Made by a program: the position numbers and the translations under genes. The notes below the pieces were generated by a model. It saw only the letters and a program-made list of their open reading frames with translations. It ran no database searches and had not been told where the DNA came from. A DNA stretch of 64,000 bases from Paraspadella gotoi (Eukaryota; Animalia; Chaetognatha): positions 18,569,581 to 18,633,580 of the forward strand of contig CM119264.1 in NCBI GenBank assembly GCA_051294375.1, read 5' to 3'. This document shows positions 39,388 to 58,797 of this stretch, one piece after another (within the stretch, counting starts at the first letter, position 1; every line of letters starts with the position of its first letter).

Positions 39388-40034
39388 TGAACAAAACACA
39401 TAAATATAACCATTGCTAGTGACATAACCGTTCAATGTAAGCAGTCCCTGAGCTTCGCGTCTGAAGCTTCGGATCAGGCTGTAACACCGTGTTACAGGCA
39501 GGTTAAGCGCGCCCGTCCTCTTAACTGCTAGGCGACCACCGGGCTAGAACCCGGACCTTTGGGTATGGAGGCGAATGACTTGCCTCCGGCACCAATGGCG
39601 CTGATGAACGGTTGGTGGATATTAGTCCACCATACATCCCCCCTCCGTAGGGAGAAGTCTGTTGCGTCTCTTTAGTGAATTGTTGTTGTTGGTGGAAAGT
39701 TCGTCACCAAGTTGAGGCATGTCGCCTGATGTGTTGTGGGCGGAAAGTGCATCGCCAGGTTGAGGCATGTCCGCCTGAAAGTGTTGTTGTTGCTGTTGTG
39801 TTCGGAAGTCGGGCTCACCAACTGAAGAGACAGTAATTATTGTTATGTCTACAGCAGTGACAGAACCGTTCAATGTAAGCAGTCCCTGAGCTTCAGATCA
39901 GGCTGTAACACCGTGTTACAGGCGGGTTAAGCGCCCCGTCCCTCTTATCTGCGAGGCGACCACCGGGCTATGACCCGACCTTGGGTTGGAGGCGCAACAA
40001 TGGCCCTGATGAACGGTTGGTGGATATTAGTCCA
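39388..40034 (-). mobile_element. TRIM-like miniature LTR retroelement with tRNA-like sequence in its LTRs (family A)
   Basis: Minus strand order: 5' LTR ~40034-39823 ending ..CTTCA; then gt-TGGTGAGCCCGAC (39820-39808), one mismatch from the tRNA-Trp PBS TGGTGACCCCGAC; ~160-bp non-coding interior; PPT GGAGGGGGGA (39646-39637); 3' LTR ~39636 to ~39390. The LTRs are diverged and no TSD was found. Confidence 0.75.
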
Positions 40035-40396
40035 TATATTCAATATTTTTTTATAAAATAAAATAAAACCAGCAATCAACTCAATTATTAGAATAATTCA
40101 AGCCTAACTCAGCCCTTGTAGTAATGAAAAAAAAATATATAGTGTTTTTAATCGTTAATGAGTTTAACAAAAGCTCAAAATTTATACTTTTCCTTAATTT
40201 TTTCAATCTTACTCCCTTTTTCCTTTTTCCCTTTATTTTTATTTTGCCTGATCTCTTGGGAGATTTTCTTTATTTCCTATCAAACAATTTTTCCAAAGCA
40301 TCAACGAAAGAGTTATAATCCAGAATAAAAAAGAGGAAAATAAAGAAATTTCAGTAAACGTGACATATTTGGATTATGAGTGAAAAAAGCGGGGAG

Positions 40397-40466
<70 letters not shown>

Positions 40467-41760
40467 CAACAGATATTATCGCACGCGCTTACATAAAAGT
40501 TTAGTTATATTTTAATTACGAATTGATCATTCTGAAGAGAAAAGAAGACCTCATCAACTGTCGATGGTATAGAATCTTGTGATATGATTGACAGAATTAA
40601 TGTGAATCAGTGTGAAGGGTTGCCAATATTATAGTAATAAGTGTGGGGAAAGCCTGGAGTGAATCTGAAAGAACGAAAGTCGGAGAGCGATCGGCGGGTG
40701 AAGACTCGTTTATGATTCTCAGCTGAAAACAACGTTTGTGCGGTTCTCGTTCGGTCGGCGGCGGTGTCGGCGGCTATCGGCGCGGCGCCCGACTTTTTTT
40801 TTTCTTCATTAAAATGTTGTTCCAGCTTTTGGAGGAAAAAATTTCTAAAGGGTATTTACCGAGCGTTTCTTCTAGAGGGTCATTTAAGGCTTTACTGAGT
40901 ACTAAATATTCATTTCTGATATTTGAAGGAGAAGGACAGAATTAACATTAAAAGAAATGGAAAATGAGATTAGATAAAAATGCAAAATGTACCATGATAC
41001 ATGATAAACGCAAATAATAAATAATGGAAAATTTAGTTTTTTTAATTCTTCAAATTTTTCTTTGCGTTTTTTTTTTTTTTTTTGGTTATGGGAAAATTCA
41101 CAGAGTAGCAATTAATGATAACTTTATACCTTTTGTGTTTTTCTTTTCTTTGATTTAATTTTTCTATTTCTTAAATTCTTGACTTGCAAGTCTTTTTTCT
41201 ATGTATCTTATGTTTTCTCTAAATTTTTCTTTGGTTTTACTATGAAGTTTTTTAAAACCTTCTTTTAATCTGCTTTGAACGACGATGCAGACACTCTTAA
41301 AGTCTATAACGGGAAAGAGCATTGAGGATGGAAAAGGCTATGATAATAAGTACTAAGTTAAAGAGTACCTCTATAAAAAGGAAAGCCTCATACTTCTAAA
41401 AATTAATCTATTCTGTATCCTTATGTCTAGCTGCTTTCAAACTAAGCTTTACCCTTCATTTTGTTAACTGAACGACAATGTGAAAAAAGGCTGTTGTAAT
41501 AATAATAGCAGTATAAAATAAAATAGCAATTTAAAACGTAATATAATCACAATAGAGATAGAAAAGTACCAACCTTCTCTAAAGCTTGATCCTTTCCCGC
41601 CTCTCATTCTACTCTCTCTCGCGTCTTGCTCTCTCTCGTCTCGTCTACTCATCTCATGCTCTATCATGCTCTCTCTCTCCTCTCTCTCTCTCTCTCTCGC
41701 CTCTCTCTCTCTCTCGTTTTTTTTACTCTCGATTCTTTGAAATAAAAAAGAGAATTTGAG

Positions 41761-43447
41761 AGAGGAGTTCTTATGCCACTTGCCTTGCTCTAACGCCCCC
41801 TTCAGATCGCCCTTCAGCTCGGCCTTCGATCAGCTGGTCGCCGTCGAACCGATAGAACGGTCGTCGCCGCCGTCACGACAGCGTCTCCTCTCTCTCGACT
41901 ACAGTATCTTGGCGAGTGGACAATAATATTGATGATATTGACTATAATTTTTTTTTTAAATATTAATTGAATTCTTTCTAAAATCAAACCTTTTCAAATT
42001 TCATATTTGAACTTAAAAAAATATTTAGTATTGTTCTTTGTTATTCCAAATCAGTTACTAATTCTAAATACATTATTAAGAAAAAATTAAGTGAATGGTA
42101 TTTATATTCGGAAATTAATTCAATTAGAATGAAACTTAAAAAACCCTTCAGGAATCCGTCTTTCCGACTAGTTTTCATCGAATGGTTAAAAAAGCACGGC
42201 CACCAAGCAACTATTTGGTTTCAAGGACCAACCTGGGTTTCGGCACGTGCCACAGTCAAGATTCGTTTCAGAGGTGGGACAAATTAACCATAAAATTCTT
42301 CCTTTTTTTTGCGTCTGGGGACTATATTTTATTCTGAATATAAAAATTTAGGACTGCAAATATTATACGTTCGCGAGGACGAAAAATGCAAGGAGGTCTT
42401 TTTTAACTTAATTTTTTCCCACCAGATGGAAGGACCGTGGCGGAGGTGATGTCTGGGGGCTCGCTTCATTTTAAACAATTGAAACAACCACGATTTCGGG
42501 ATTTACGGAGTGAAGCTTTGCTTCTCACCTCTGAGAAAATGGTACGCCGCAAGTAAAGAGAAAAGATTTTAATCAAAAACAATGTTTAAACTTTAATGAA
42601 ATGAGTTATCATTATGGTATTTTTTAAGCACCAAATCAGTTGATTGAACTCCGCTGTAATGATTAATTAGTTTACCCTTTACTTTTCAATTTAAAAAAAA
42701 AAATCGTTTTCCTCTTCCAATCATCCGGTGACAATGTAACAATTTTGGACCCTTACAGGTTTGCAACGATAAAATGATTTATGGAAAAGTAAAAATGAAA
42801 AGTAAGTTGAAATGAAACACTGCGTTTAATTTCGTGTTATCAAATCAATCATAATAAAATCAATATTTAATAAATAAATATAAGGTAAAGTCATTTCTTT
42901 CATAGATAGCGATAACGCATTGACTGAGGACGAAAAAGAAGGCTCTGGTTGAAGAACACATACGTATGGCCGCAAATTAAAAGGAAAACCCTCTGGTGAT
43001 TAAAATATAAATGTATAAATTAATAATCTTAATCAATCTAAAAAATCTATAAAAAGATGTTTTAGTTTGAAACTACGCAAATGGTTACTTAAATTGTGGC
43101 GCCACTAGAAAACCTGCCATTAATACACAGGAATGGGCCTACGACACTGAGGAGTGGGCCAAACATATTATCTCTTGCAAAGACCACGTTCTGGCCAGGG
43201 CCGAAGGGAACCTCCACCAACTATGCCATGTTAGAGTGAGTATGGCACTGCATACTATGCATGTTGTTATATCGATGGCGTGGTTTAGTAAAAAAAACTT
43301 TCAAACTTTTACGTATTCAGCGCGGAAAACCCCGCGCGAGCTTTGGACGGGTGGGCCAATCAGGGGGAACCTTGCGAGGGTCGGCGTTCTGATGGAAGCT
43401 GCAGGACAGCCGGACGGAGGCGCTTGACTGCAACCAGTTTCAGCAAC
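41761..43447 (+). CDS. Duplicate, indel-rich copy of the IgV-CAP exons
   Basis: Near-identical to 45361-47036 with scattered 1-bp indels. Confidence 0.6.
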
Positions 43448-44155
43448 GTAATCGTGATGATAATTAATGAATGATGATTATAATGATGCAGTTGTTAGTT
43501 CGGTGTCGATGATTGTGTTTATGATGAGTCTGATTAATAATTTAATAACTTAATTAATTTAATAATTTTATAAAGAGAGGTTATTTTTTGGCAAAAATTT
43601 ATAATGATAATTTTATATTTAATATTAAAGTCAGGAGATTAATTTAGGAGCTCACTTATTACTTATTTTTAATACAAATATTTTATGTTAAAGCCCATAT
43701 AAGGCTTAATCAACTGCAATTTATTATAAANNNNNNNNNNNNNNNNNNNNNNNNNACCAATGGCCGCTGATGAACGGTTGGTGGATATTAGTCCATATAT
43801 TCAATATTTTTCATAAAATAAAATAAAACCAGCAATCAACTCAATTATTAGAATAATTCAACCTAACTCAGCCCTTGTAGTAATGAAAAAAAAATATATA
43901 GTGTTTTTAATCGTTATAGTTTAACAAAAGCTCAAAATTTTATACTTTTCCTTAATTTTTTCATCTTACTCCCCTTTTTCCTTTTTCCCTTTATTTTATT
44001 ATTTGCCTGATCTCTTGGGAGATTTTCTTTATTTCCTATCAAACAATTTTTCCAAAGCATCAACGAAAGAGTTATAATCCAGAATAAAAAAGAGGAAAAT
44101 AAAGAAATTTCAGTAAACGTGACATATTTGGATTATGAGTGAAAAAAGCGGGGAG

Positions 44156-44207
<52 letters not shown>

Positions 44208-45360
44208 CAACAGATTATTATCGCACGCGCTTACATAAAAGTTTTGTTATAATTTTAATTACGAAATTGATCATTCCTGAAGAGAAAAAAGCCTCAATCA
44301 CTGTCGATGGTATAGAATCTTGTGATATGATTGACAGAATTAATGTGAATCAGTGTGAAGGGTTGCCAATATTATAGTAATAAGTGTGGGGAAGCCTGGA
44401 GTGAATCTGAAAGAACGAAAGTCGGAGAGCGATCGGCGGGTGAAGACTCGTTTATGATTCTCAGCTGAAACAACGTTTGGTCGGTTCTCGGTTCGGTCGG
44501 CGGCGGTGTCGGCGCTATCGGCGGCGGCGCCCGACTTTTTTTTTTCTTCATTAAAATGTTGTTCCAGCTTTTGGAGGAAAAAAAATTTCTAAAGGGTATT
44601 TACGAGCGTTTCTTCTAGAGGGTCATTTAAGGCTTTACTGAGTACTAAATATTCATTTCTGATATTTGAAGGAGAGGACAGAATTAACATTAAAAGAAAT
44701 GGAAAATGAGATTAGATAAAAATGCAAAATGATACCATGATACATGATACCAAATAATAAATAATGGAAAATTTAGTTTTTTAATTCTTCAAATTTTTCT
44801 TTGCGTTTTTTTTTTTTTTTTGGTTAGGAAAATTCACAGAGTACAATTATGAGTACTTTATACCTTTTTGTTTTCTTTTTCTTTCGATTTTAATTTTTCT
44901 ATTTCTTTAATTCTTGACTTGCAAGTCTTTTTTTCTATGTATCTATGTTTCTCTAAATTTTTTCTTTGGTTTTACTATGAAGTTTTTTAAAACCCTTCTT
45001 TAAAAAAATCTGCCCAAAAAGTTGAAAAAAAAACGAAAATAAATTAAAAGAAAAAAATTTAAAAAATAAGAAACCGAAATAATCACGGCTCTAAAAAATA
45101 AAAAACTATTTGATCTTAGGCTTAGCGCTTTTAAAAGCTTTACCCCTTCAATTGTTACTGCGAAAATGGAAAAAAAGGCGTGATAATAAGCGTATTTAAA
45201 TTTAAAACGTATTTCCATAAATAGGAAAGCCTCTCTTTCTTTCTCTCTCTCTTTCTTTCTCTCTCTCTCGTCTCTCTCTCATCTCTCTCTCTCTCTCTTT
45301 CTCCCTCTCTCTCTCGTTTTTTTACTCTCGATTCTTTGAAATAAAAAAGAGAAATTTGAG

Positions 45361-47036
45361 AGAGGAGTTCTTATCCACTTAGCCCTTGCTCTAACGCCCC
45401 CTTCAGGATCGCCCCTTCACTCGGCCTTCGATCAGCTGGTCGCCGTCGAACCGATAGAAACGGTCGTCGCCGCCGTCAACGACAGCGTCTCCCTCTCTCT
45501 CGACTACAGTATCTTGGCGAGTGGACAATAATATTGATGATATTGACTATAATTTTTTTTTTTAAATATTAATTGAATTCTTTCTAAAATCAAACCTTTC
45601 AAATTTCAATTTGAACTTAAAAAAAATATTTAGTATTGTTCTTTGTTATTCAAAATCAGTACTAAATTCTAAATACATTATTAAGAAAAAATTAAGTGAA
45701 TGGTATTTTATATTCGGAAATTAATTCAATTAGAATGAAACTTAAAAAAACCCTTCAGGATCCGTCTTTCCGACTAGTTTTCATCGAATGGTTTAAAAAG
45801 CACGGGCCCACCAAGCACTATTTGGTTTCAAGGACCAACCTGGGTTTCGGCACCGTGCCACAGTCAAGATTCGTTCAGAGGTGGGACAAATTAACCATAA
45901 AATTCTTCCTTTTTTTTTGCGTCTGGGGACTATATTTTTATTCTGAATATAAAAATTTAGACTGCAATATTATACGTTCGCGAGGACGAAAAATGCAAGG
46001 AGTCTTTTTAACTTAATTTTTTCCCACCAGATGGAAGGACCGTGCGGAGGTGATGTCTGGGGGCTCGCTTCATTTTAAACAATTGAACAACCACGATTTC
46101 GGGATTTACGGAGTGAAGCTTTGCTTCTCACCTCTGAGAAAATGGTACCCGCAAGTAAGAGAAAAGATTTTAATCAAAAACAATGTTTAAACTTTAATGA
46201 AATGATTATCATTATGGTAATTTTTTAACACCAAATCAGTTGATTGAACTCCGCTGTATGATTAATTAGTTTACCCTTTACTTTTCAATTTAAAAAAAAA
46301 ATCGTTTTCCTCTTCCAATCATCCGGTGACAATGTAACAATTTTGGACCCTTACAGGTTTGCAACGATAAAATGATTTATGGAAAAGTAAAAATGAAAAG
46401 TAAGTTGAATGAACACTGCGTTTAATTTCGTGTTATCAATCAATCATAATAAAATCAATATTTAATAAATAAATATAAAGGTAAATCATTTCTTTCATAG
46501 ATAGCGATAACGCATTGACTGAGGACGAAAAAGAAGCTCTGGTTGAAGAACACAACGTATGGCGCAAATTAAAAGGAAAACCCCCTCTGGTGATTAAAAT
46601 ATAAATGTATAAATTATAATCTTAATCAATCTAAAAAAATCTATAAAAAGATGTTTTAGTTTGAAACTACGCAAATGGTTACTTAAATTGTGGCCCACTA
46701 GAAAACCTGCCATTAATACACAGGAATGGGCCTACGACACTGAGGAGTGGGCCAAACATATTATCTCTTGCAAAGACACGTTCTGGCCAGGGCCGAAGGG
46801 AACCTCCACCAACTATGCCCATGTTAGAGTGAGTATGCACTGCATACTATGCAGTGTTGTTATATCGATGGCGTGGTTTAGTAAAAAAAACTTTCAAACT
46901 TTTACGTATTCAGCGCGGAAAACCCGCGGCAGCTTTGGACGGGTGGGCCAATCAGGGGGAACCTTGCGAGGGTCGGCGTTCTGATGGAAGCTGCAGGACA
47001 CCGGACGGAGGCGCTGACTGCAACCAGTTCAGCAAC
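45361..47036 (+). CDS. Partial gene: Cys-less IgV-like domain followed by CAP (SCP/TAPS) domain
   Basis: Phase-consistent exons ~45361-45516, 45759-45880, 46031-46154, 46357-46399, 46501-46589, 46724-46828, 46914-47036. Translation: VVAAVNDSVSLSLDYS..IEWFKK..GSLHFKQLNNHDFGIY, then LTEDEKEALVEEHNVWRKLKGKPPLEWAYDTEEWAKHIISC. Confidence 0.75.
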
Positions 47037-47852
47037 GTAATCGTGATGATAATTAATGATGATGATTATAATGATGCAGTTGTTAGTTCGGTGTCGATGA
47101 TTGTGTTTATGATGAGTCTGATTAATAATTTAATAACTTAATAATTTAATAATTTTATAAAGAGAGGTTAATTTTTGGCCAAAAATTTATAATGATAATT
47201 TTATATTTATATTAAAGTCAGGAGATTAATTTAGGAGCTCACTTATTACTTATTTTTAATACAAATATTTTATGTAAAGCCAATAAGGCTTAACAACTCA
47301 ATTTTTATAAGTTAGGGTCTGATTTAGTAAAACAGCAGGAATTTAAAGGCAAATCTTTAATGAAAAATAACGTGTGAGAATATTTTATATAGATGCAAAG
47401 TATTTGCATTAGAAAAAATACGCAAAATAACCAAACACTGAAGAACATAGCACTCTAAAATTAATGAGAAATTAGTAATTAATTAGTAAATTAATATAAA
47501 TTAATTGAGGTGAAAAGCAAAAAAAAACATATAGTTAATGATATGTATGATTACTAAAGTGAAAGTGAGAATGGGCGCAATTTCTGTGACGAAATAACAA
47601 CCAACAAAGAATCGAAACTTGAAAACGCGAAGGAAGAAAAAAAAACACAGTTTTATCAGAAATCACGCGATCCTTTCGCTTTTCTCTTTTCATTTCATCG
47701 ATCGATTTTGCGGCGAAGAAGCAACGGCGAACACGATGCAGCTCAGCGTTTGACTCAATTCGTTAGATTTCATCAGAACTCGTTGGTTTCTCAATTATGT
47801 AACACAATTTACTTTATAAATAAAATTATTTGTCAGTTAAATATAGTTGACA

Positions 47853-47969
<117 letters not shown>

Positions 47970-49552
47970 GGAGAACGCGAAGATCTTTCGGCGTCTAGGA
48001 ACGCTTCGGCAGTGGAACAATGGAACATGTCAAATGGTCCGAAGGAAAAAAAGGAGAACAGATTAAAATCTCCGATTCTGAGAAAAAAAGGGAAACCACA
48101 AACTTTCCGTGACGTTCCACTTCCTCCAAACTCTTTTCCCACTGCATCAATTTTCTACATTTTTCTGAAATGAATCATATCCTTCACATAGATTTTTTTT
48201 TTAAAAACATTATTTTTTAACCGATAATTTCTTTAATTATTAGATTGTAAAAGGATTTTTCTTCCTCTTTGAAAAATTGAAGAAGTCGAGCATGTAAAAT
48301 ACTTTTGTTTTGTCTTACATGTCCATCGAAATAGAGTCGATAATTAAATTTATGAATCGTGACTGGAAAATATACTTTACGTTACTAATCTAAAGAACTA
48401 ACATCAAAAAAACTTTGCCATTCACTCTTAACTCTTAACAGTTGATTGTCTTGGCTAAGTTTCAACTTTGAATACTCCGCGCGTGTTGAAAAGGATCAAT
48501 AGTTTTCATTGCAACTTTTGCTGTTCGTGTTTTTTTTTTGTCAAAGGCGAAGTGACGGAACCGATTTGATTTTTTTCAATTTTTTTTCTTTTCGCGACGA
48601 AATTTTTTTGAAACTACGCCAATCCATTTTTTTTTCGCAAAAAACGACGCATAAAACTAAGTAAATTCTCATCTCAAGAAAATGCAGAATTCATAGGGCT
48701 TCATCGGTCATTGACTTCTTCAAGAGATCGCTGGAAGTGGGAGGAAAAAAAAGAAAAATGGAAAAAGATAAGAGGCGGATGACATCATAAGCCGGGGTTA
48801 TTCTCAATCAGAGAGTGCAGCAACCGATCAGAGTTCAACATTCAGCATCGGTCATCATCCGTTCGCACTTTTCCTTCCCCAAGACACTTATGAAGAAGTC
48901 ATCTCATCGACCGCAATGAGAGAACCTTAACCTCCAGAAAGAAAGAAAAGTCTGTTATCTGCTTTCGGATGAAAACTGAAGGATGGAAACAAAGCAAAGT
49001 CAAAGCCGATCGGAAAAAATCTCATCGATCGGCTAAATCCGTTTCCTTCGTTTTTTTCTTCGCCGTTATCGTTTTCGTCGTCGTCGTCGTCGTCGTAAAT
49101 CCGTCTCCCTTTGCTTGATAATTTTTATTCCTTTATTTCAAAAAAAAAAAAAAAAATCGCACGATTATTTCTTTTTTTTCTCGCTATTAATACTTATCTA
49201 TCCCTTTTCTTCTCAGATTTTACAGGAGTTTTTAATCAAAAGGGTCAAATAACAGATTTCCAACTCGTTCCAACGTCATCCTTTGCTCATTTCCGATGGG
49301 CTTTGCACTTAACCACCATCTTTCCTGCCCATTGTCGATTTTCTCGCTTCATCCCTCGGTTCTCCTGACAAGAAAAAAAAAAAGACCGAAAAGATATTAG
49401 CGACAACAACAACGGAGACGACGAAGACTCTTAACGAATCGATCGCTCGACTCTTCTCCTCTCTCCCGATCTTTGTCTAAAAACATTTTCCAATATTCAT
49501 TCCTTTTCTACGTCGCGTTCTTTTCTAACGAACACGCCTCCCGTCTCCCGTC

Positions 49553-55614
<6,062 letters not shown>

Positions 55615-56186
55615 AGAGGGGTGATGACTGATGAGTTTCGACTTTGACATCGTTGGAGGGTTGAGACTCCTCTCTTAGGATTAGGCATTATCGATCGAAG
55701 CAACAGGGACTTCGTAACATATTTCGGACGTCATCATTACGTTCAACATTCCTTAACAAAATTACCATCTGTATTTTACTATAAAGGTTTTACGTATATG
55801 TACCAAATCCTCTGATCTGACGAAGATGCACAAACGTTTCTGGTATCCATGTTGTGCGTATTTCGACTGTCTAATTTCTACTTCTGTGTTCATAATTTCT
55901 CGCTAGATTGTGAAATCACCTCAAATATAACAGAATCACCAGACTTACAATTTTTTTATCTTCGAAATTTTGTAGTAGAAAGGATACATTCATTTTTAAG
56001 GGAAGAAAAAAGTTGAATAATCGTTTAAATTTATGTTTGATCGTTATGTATTGTCGTCGAATTGACTTAATTTAAATTTTTTTAAAATTTTTATTATGAG
56101 GAAGATGAGCTCTCCGATTGCAGTTTGAACGGCGTTATTAGCTGGATCGTAAGATATTACTCTATAAATATTTCCATCTTCCGCAG

Positions 56187-56393
56187 ATTATGAACGACGA
56201 CGTGGCGGGTCTGGCGTGCGCTGCCAAAAAGTGTCCCGCGGGCCGGAAGTTGCTCTGTCTCTACGCCGACAGAGCGCTGCTCGATCTTGCGCGTCAACGC
56301 AGACGGAGCAAGCGCAGACGCCGAAGCCTCGATCTTATAGACTTCTCGCGCTTTCAGTTGGTTGGCTGGATGAAGACGGGAGAGTTAGAGTAA
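56187..56393 (+). CDS. Possible terminal exon of an unidentified gene
   Basis: GC-rich island after acceptor ttccgcAG, open to a stop at 56393; a donor-like ATC|GTAAG lies at ~56148. No recognisable domain. Confidence 0.3.
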   Translation: MMNDDVAGLACAAKKCPAGRKLLCLYADRALLDLARQRRRSKRRRRSLDLIDFSRFQLVGWMKTGELE

Positions 56394-57780
56394 ACCGTTT
56401 TTTTTTTTATGTTTACGAAAGTATATTCATTCACTATTCCGATTTAAAATTTCAAAATTCACTCCCCGTTGCATAGTTGGTAACAGTTAAAATACTTTTG
56501 CGTCAATTATGTGTGTTTGGGACGATTAAGTTTTTGTATTATAACCGATTAAAATACCGTTCAATTTTTAAAAATTTTTTTGGTAAGGTAATAAACAAAT
56601 ACGAGCCGTGAACTCTAAACAATTAAACTACTGTAAAAAAGAAAATTAAACAAGTTACTCATGTATATTAAAAAAAATAAACGTAAATAATTCTAGAAAA
56701 TATAAAAAATAAGTTCTCTCCATAATTAAGTAGAATTAATTAGTTTGTGTATTGTTAGGTATGTATTCAATTATCTGATGACGTTCCTAATTTTTTCCTA
56801 AAAAATCGTCATTTTTACATTTTATTATATCTGCACTACAATTACAAATGATATTAGTTTTCCGTTAAATATTTCAGATTTACATTCTCAAAATTTTGTC
56901 ATGCAGTAAAATCTGTCACATTCAGCTTCAATACAAACAATTTTTGATAGTTCAATGAAAAAATATTTTCATTCCCTTGCCATGGATTGCGATATTGGAC
57001 TCGGAATTTGTATTTCTTGATTCTCTTGCGTCAAAGCGCAGAAAGTGCAGCAACAAATAATGAGACAATCCTTGATAAAGCTACCTTCAATTCCTTTTTG
57101 CTCACGAATTTTCCCTTTAAAAAAATTTAAGAACAGGTTCAGTAAACAATATCGTTTTAAGATAACAAATCAGCTCCTTACCGCGTATAACTGTTGCAAA
57201 GTAAAGGTTAGCTCCAGGAACGAATGATATGATACCACATGGAATGCAATCACCAACTCCAACCGCTTCTGCTTTTTTTCCTGTAGTCAAAATAATATTT
57301 ACTTTTTTGAATCATCGAAAATTAGTAAAAATGAATTATGATGAGCGAATACAGTCCTGTGCAAAAAAAAATAGGACACCCCTAAACATTACAAAAATAA
57401 ATCAGGTTAGATTCCTTCATTATAAAAAAATATTTTAAATTAATAATATTTATTTAAAAAAATGAAACTCACCATAAAAAAGGTTGAGAGAGATATATAT
57501 ATAAATTTTGAATTAGAATCATAACATACTTTTTTCTTTTTTTTATTTATATTATGCCATTAATTAAATAATTTATTATAATTTAATAAAAAAAATGTTT
57601 ATATATAATTATAAATATGAAATATTTAAAGGTAGAAAGCTAAGTACACTGAAAAGTAAAAGCAATTTGAGCTAAAAAAAAAGTAAAAATTATATTTAAA
57701 ATAGAAAATAGAATAGGTTTCAAAAAATATGGGTAAAAAAATAATCACTTTCACAGCTTGGGACTAAACTAATTTTAAGC

Positions 57781-58113
57781 CTTTTTTCCAGAATGCCTTA
57801 TTATATCTTAATCTAAATTTAAATTATAATCGTAAATTAGGTTATTTTTTTAAGTTAAAGACAAGGTTAAAGGTTAGAGGTAAGGATTAGGTTAAGCATT
57901 AAGTTAGTGATTAAGGTTATACTTATAGATTTGGTTTAAAGACTAGCGGTTAGGGTTTAAAGTTAAGGTTTTAAGGTTTTAGGGTTAAAGATTAAATTGG
58001 AATTAGGGTTCAAGATTAGTTTTTAAGTTAAAAAATATATTTAAGTTTAATATTAAGATTAAAATTAATTATGGAATAAACGAATATAAATGGGGCACTT
58101 TCAGAAAAGAAAG
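57781..58113. mobile_element. MITE-like element with degenerate TTAGG(G)-like interior
   Basis: Imperfect terminal inverted repeats cttttttccagaatgccttattata and tataaatggggcactttcagaaaagaaag around ggtta/ttaggg-like hexamers. Confidence 0.45.
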
Positions 58114-58667
58114 CCAGCTTTTAAATACTGAAACTAATTTTTTTTAACTTACCTATATATATAATATTTTTAATCTTTACATACTATTCATGTATATTAT
58201 GTACGAAATTTTAAATTTACTATTGTCCACTTTTTTTTGGTCAGGACGATGTTTATTTTGACTCGATTCTAGCCAGCAAGATGATTTAATTTCTTTCACA
58301 AAAGTATCTTCAAAGAAAATTTTGGAAAGTAGCTCAAGCCTGAGATTGAGAATTGAAAGGCAAAAGATTAATTAATTTTAATTTAATTTAATTATTTAAT
58401 TTAATTTATTTAAATTTGAATTTAAAATCAGTTTTATTATACCAGTAATTATGAGGACAATCAGGTTTAAGAAAAAAAAAATGAAACGGTTAACTGGTAA
58501 TATGGAATGAAAATTAAACAAGTATATTTCTAACAAAACTTTTTCAATCATGAAAGCTTTGCTAACTTTGGGAGGGACAATTTTAACCTTATCAAGACGG
58601 TAAAATAAACGAAAGCGATTCTCTCCGATAAGTATTACTTTTATTGAAAGGGTAAGAGCTTATTTTC

Positions 58668-58797
58668 TTAAACATCGAATTCGGCAGCTGCGGCAGTGGC
58701 TGCAGCTTTCAAGGTTCTTTCGAAGGGTTCGGCTGATAGAGGATGGAAAGAAGCAGAGCCACATTCCTTTCTCGCCTGAACTTGGGCAGCGAAACAA
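58668..58797 (-). CDS. Possible terminal exon of a minus-strand gene
   Basis: Acceptor tttttttgcAG, then CFAAQVQARKECGSASFHPLSAEPFERTLKAAATAAAAEFDV-stop in a GC-richer island. Confidence 0.35.

Larger units (their letters stand above)
39996..47310 (+). repeat. ~3.6-kb tandem duplication across a 25-N gap (39996-43730 vs 43756-47310), probably false
   Basis: Both copies begin inside the family A LTR and end at the same intronic point. Differences are mostly homopolymer indels, plus one divergent block (41270-41640 vs 45000-45240). Confidence 0.85.

Noticed and set aside
39595-39635. CTGATGA in the family A LTR (also ~40006, ~43766) as a hammerhead
   Set aside because: No stem II followed by GAAA; it is the reverse complement of the tcatcagcg linker.
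46517-46535. CTGAGGACGAAA as a minimal hammerhead (also ~42923)
   Set aside because: No stem II is possible, and it encodes TEDEK in the CAP exon.
39996-47310. True tandem duplication of the Ig-CAP gene
   Set aside because: The copies abut a 25-N gap and differ mainly by homopolymer indels, which points to unmerged overlapping contig ends.
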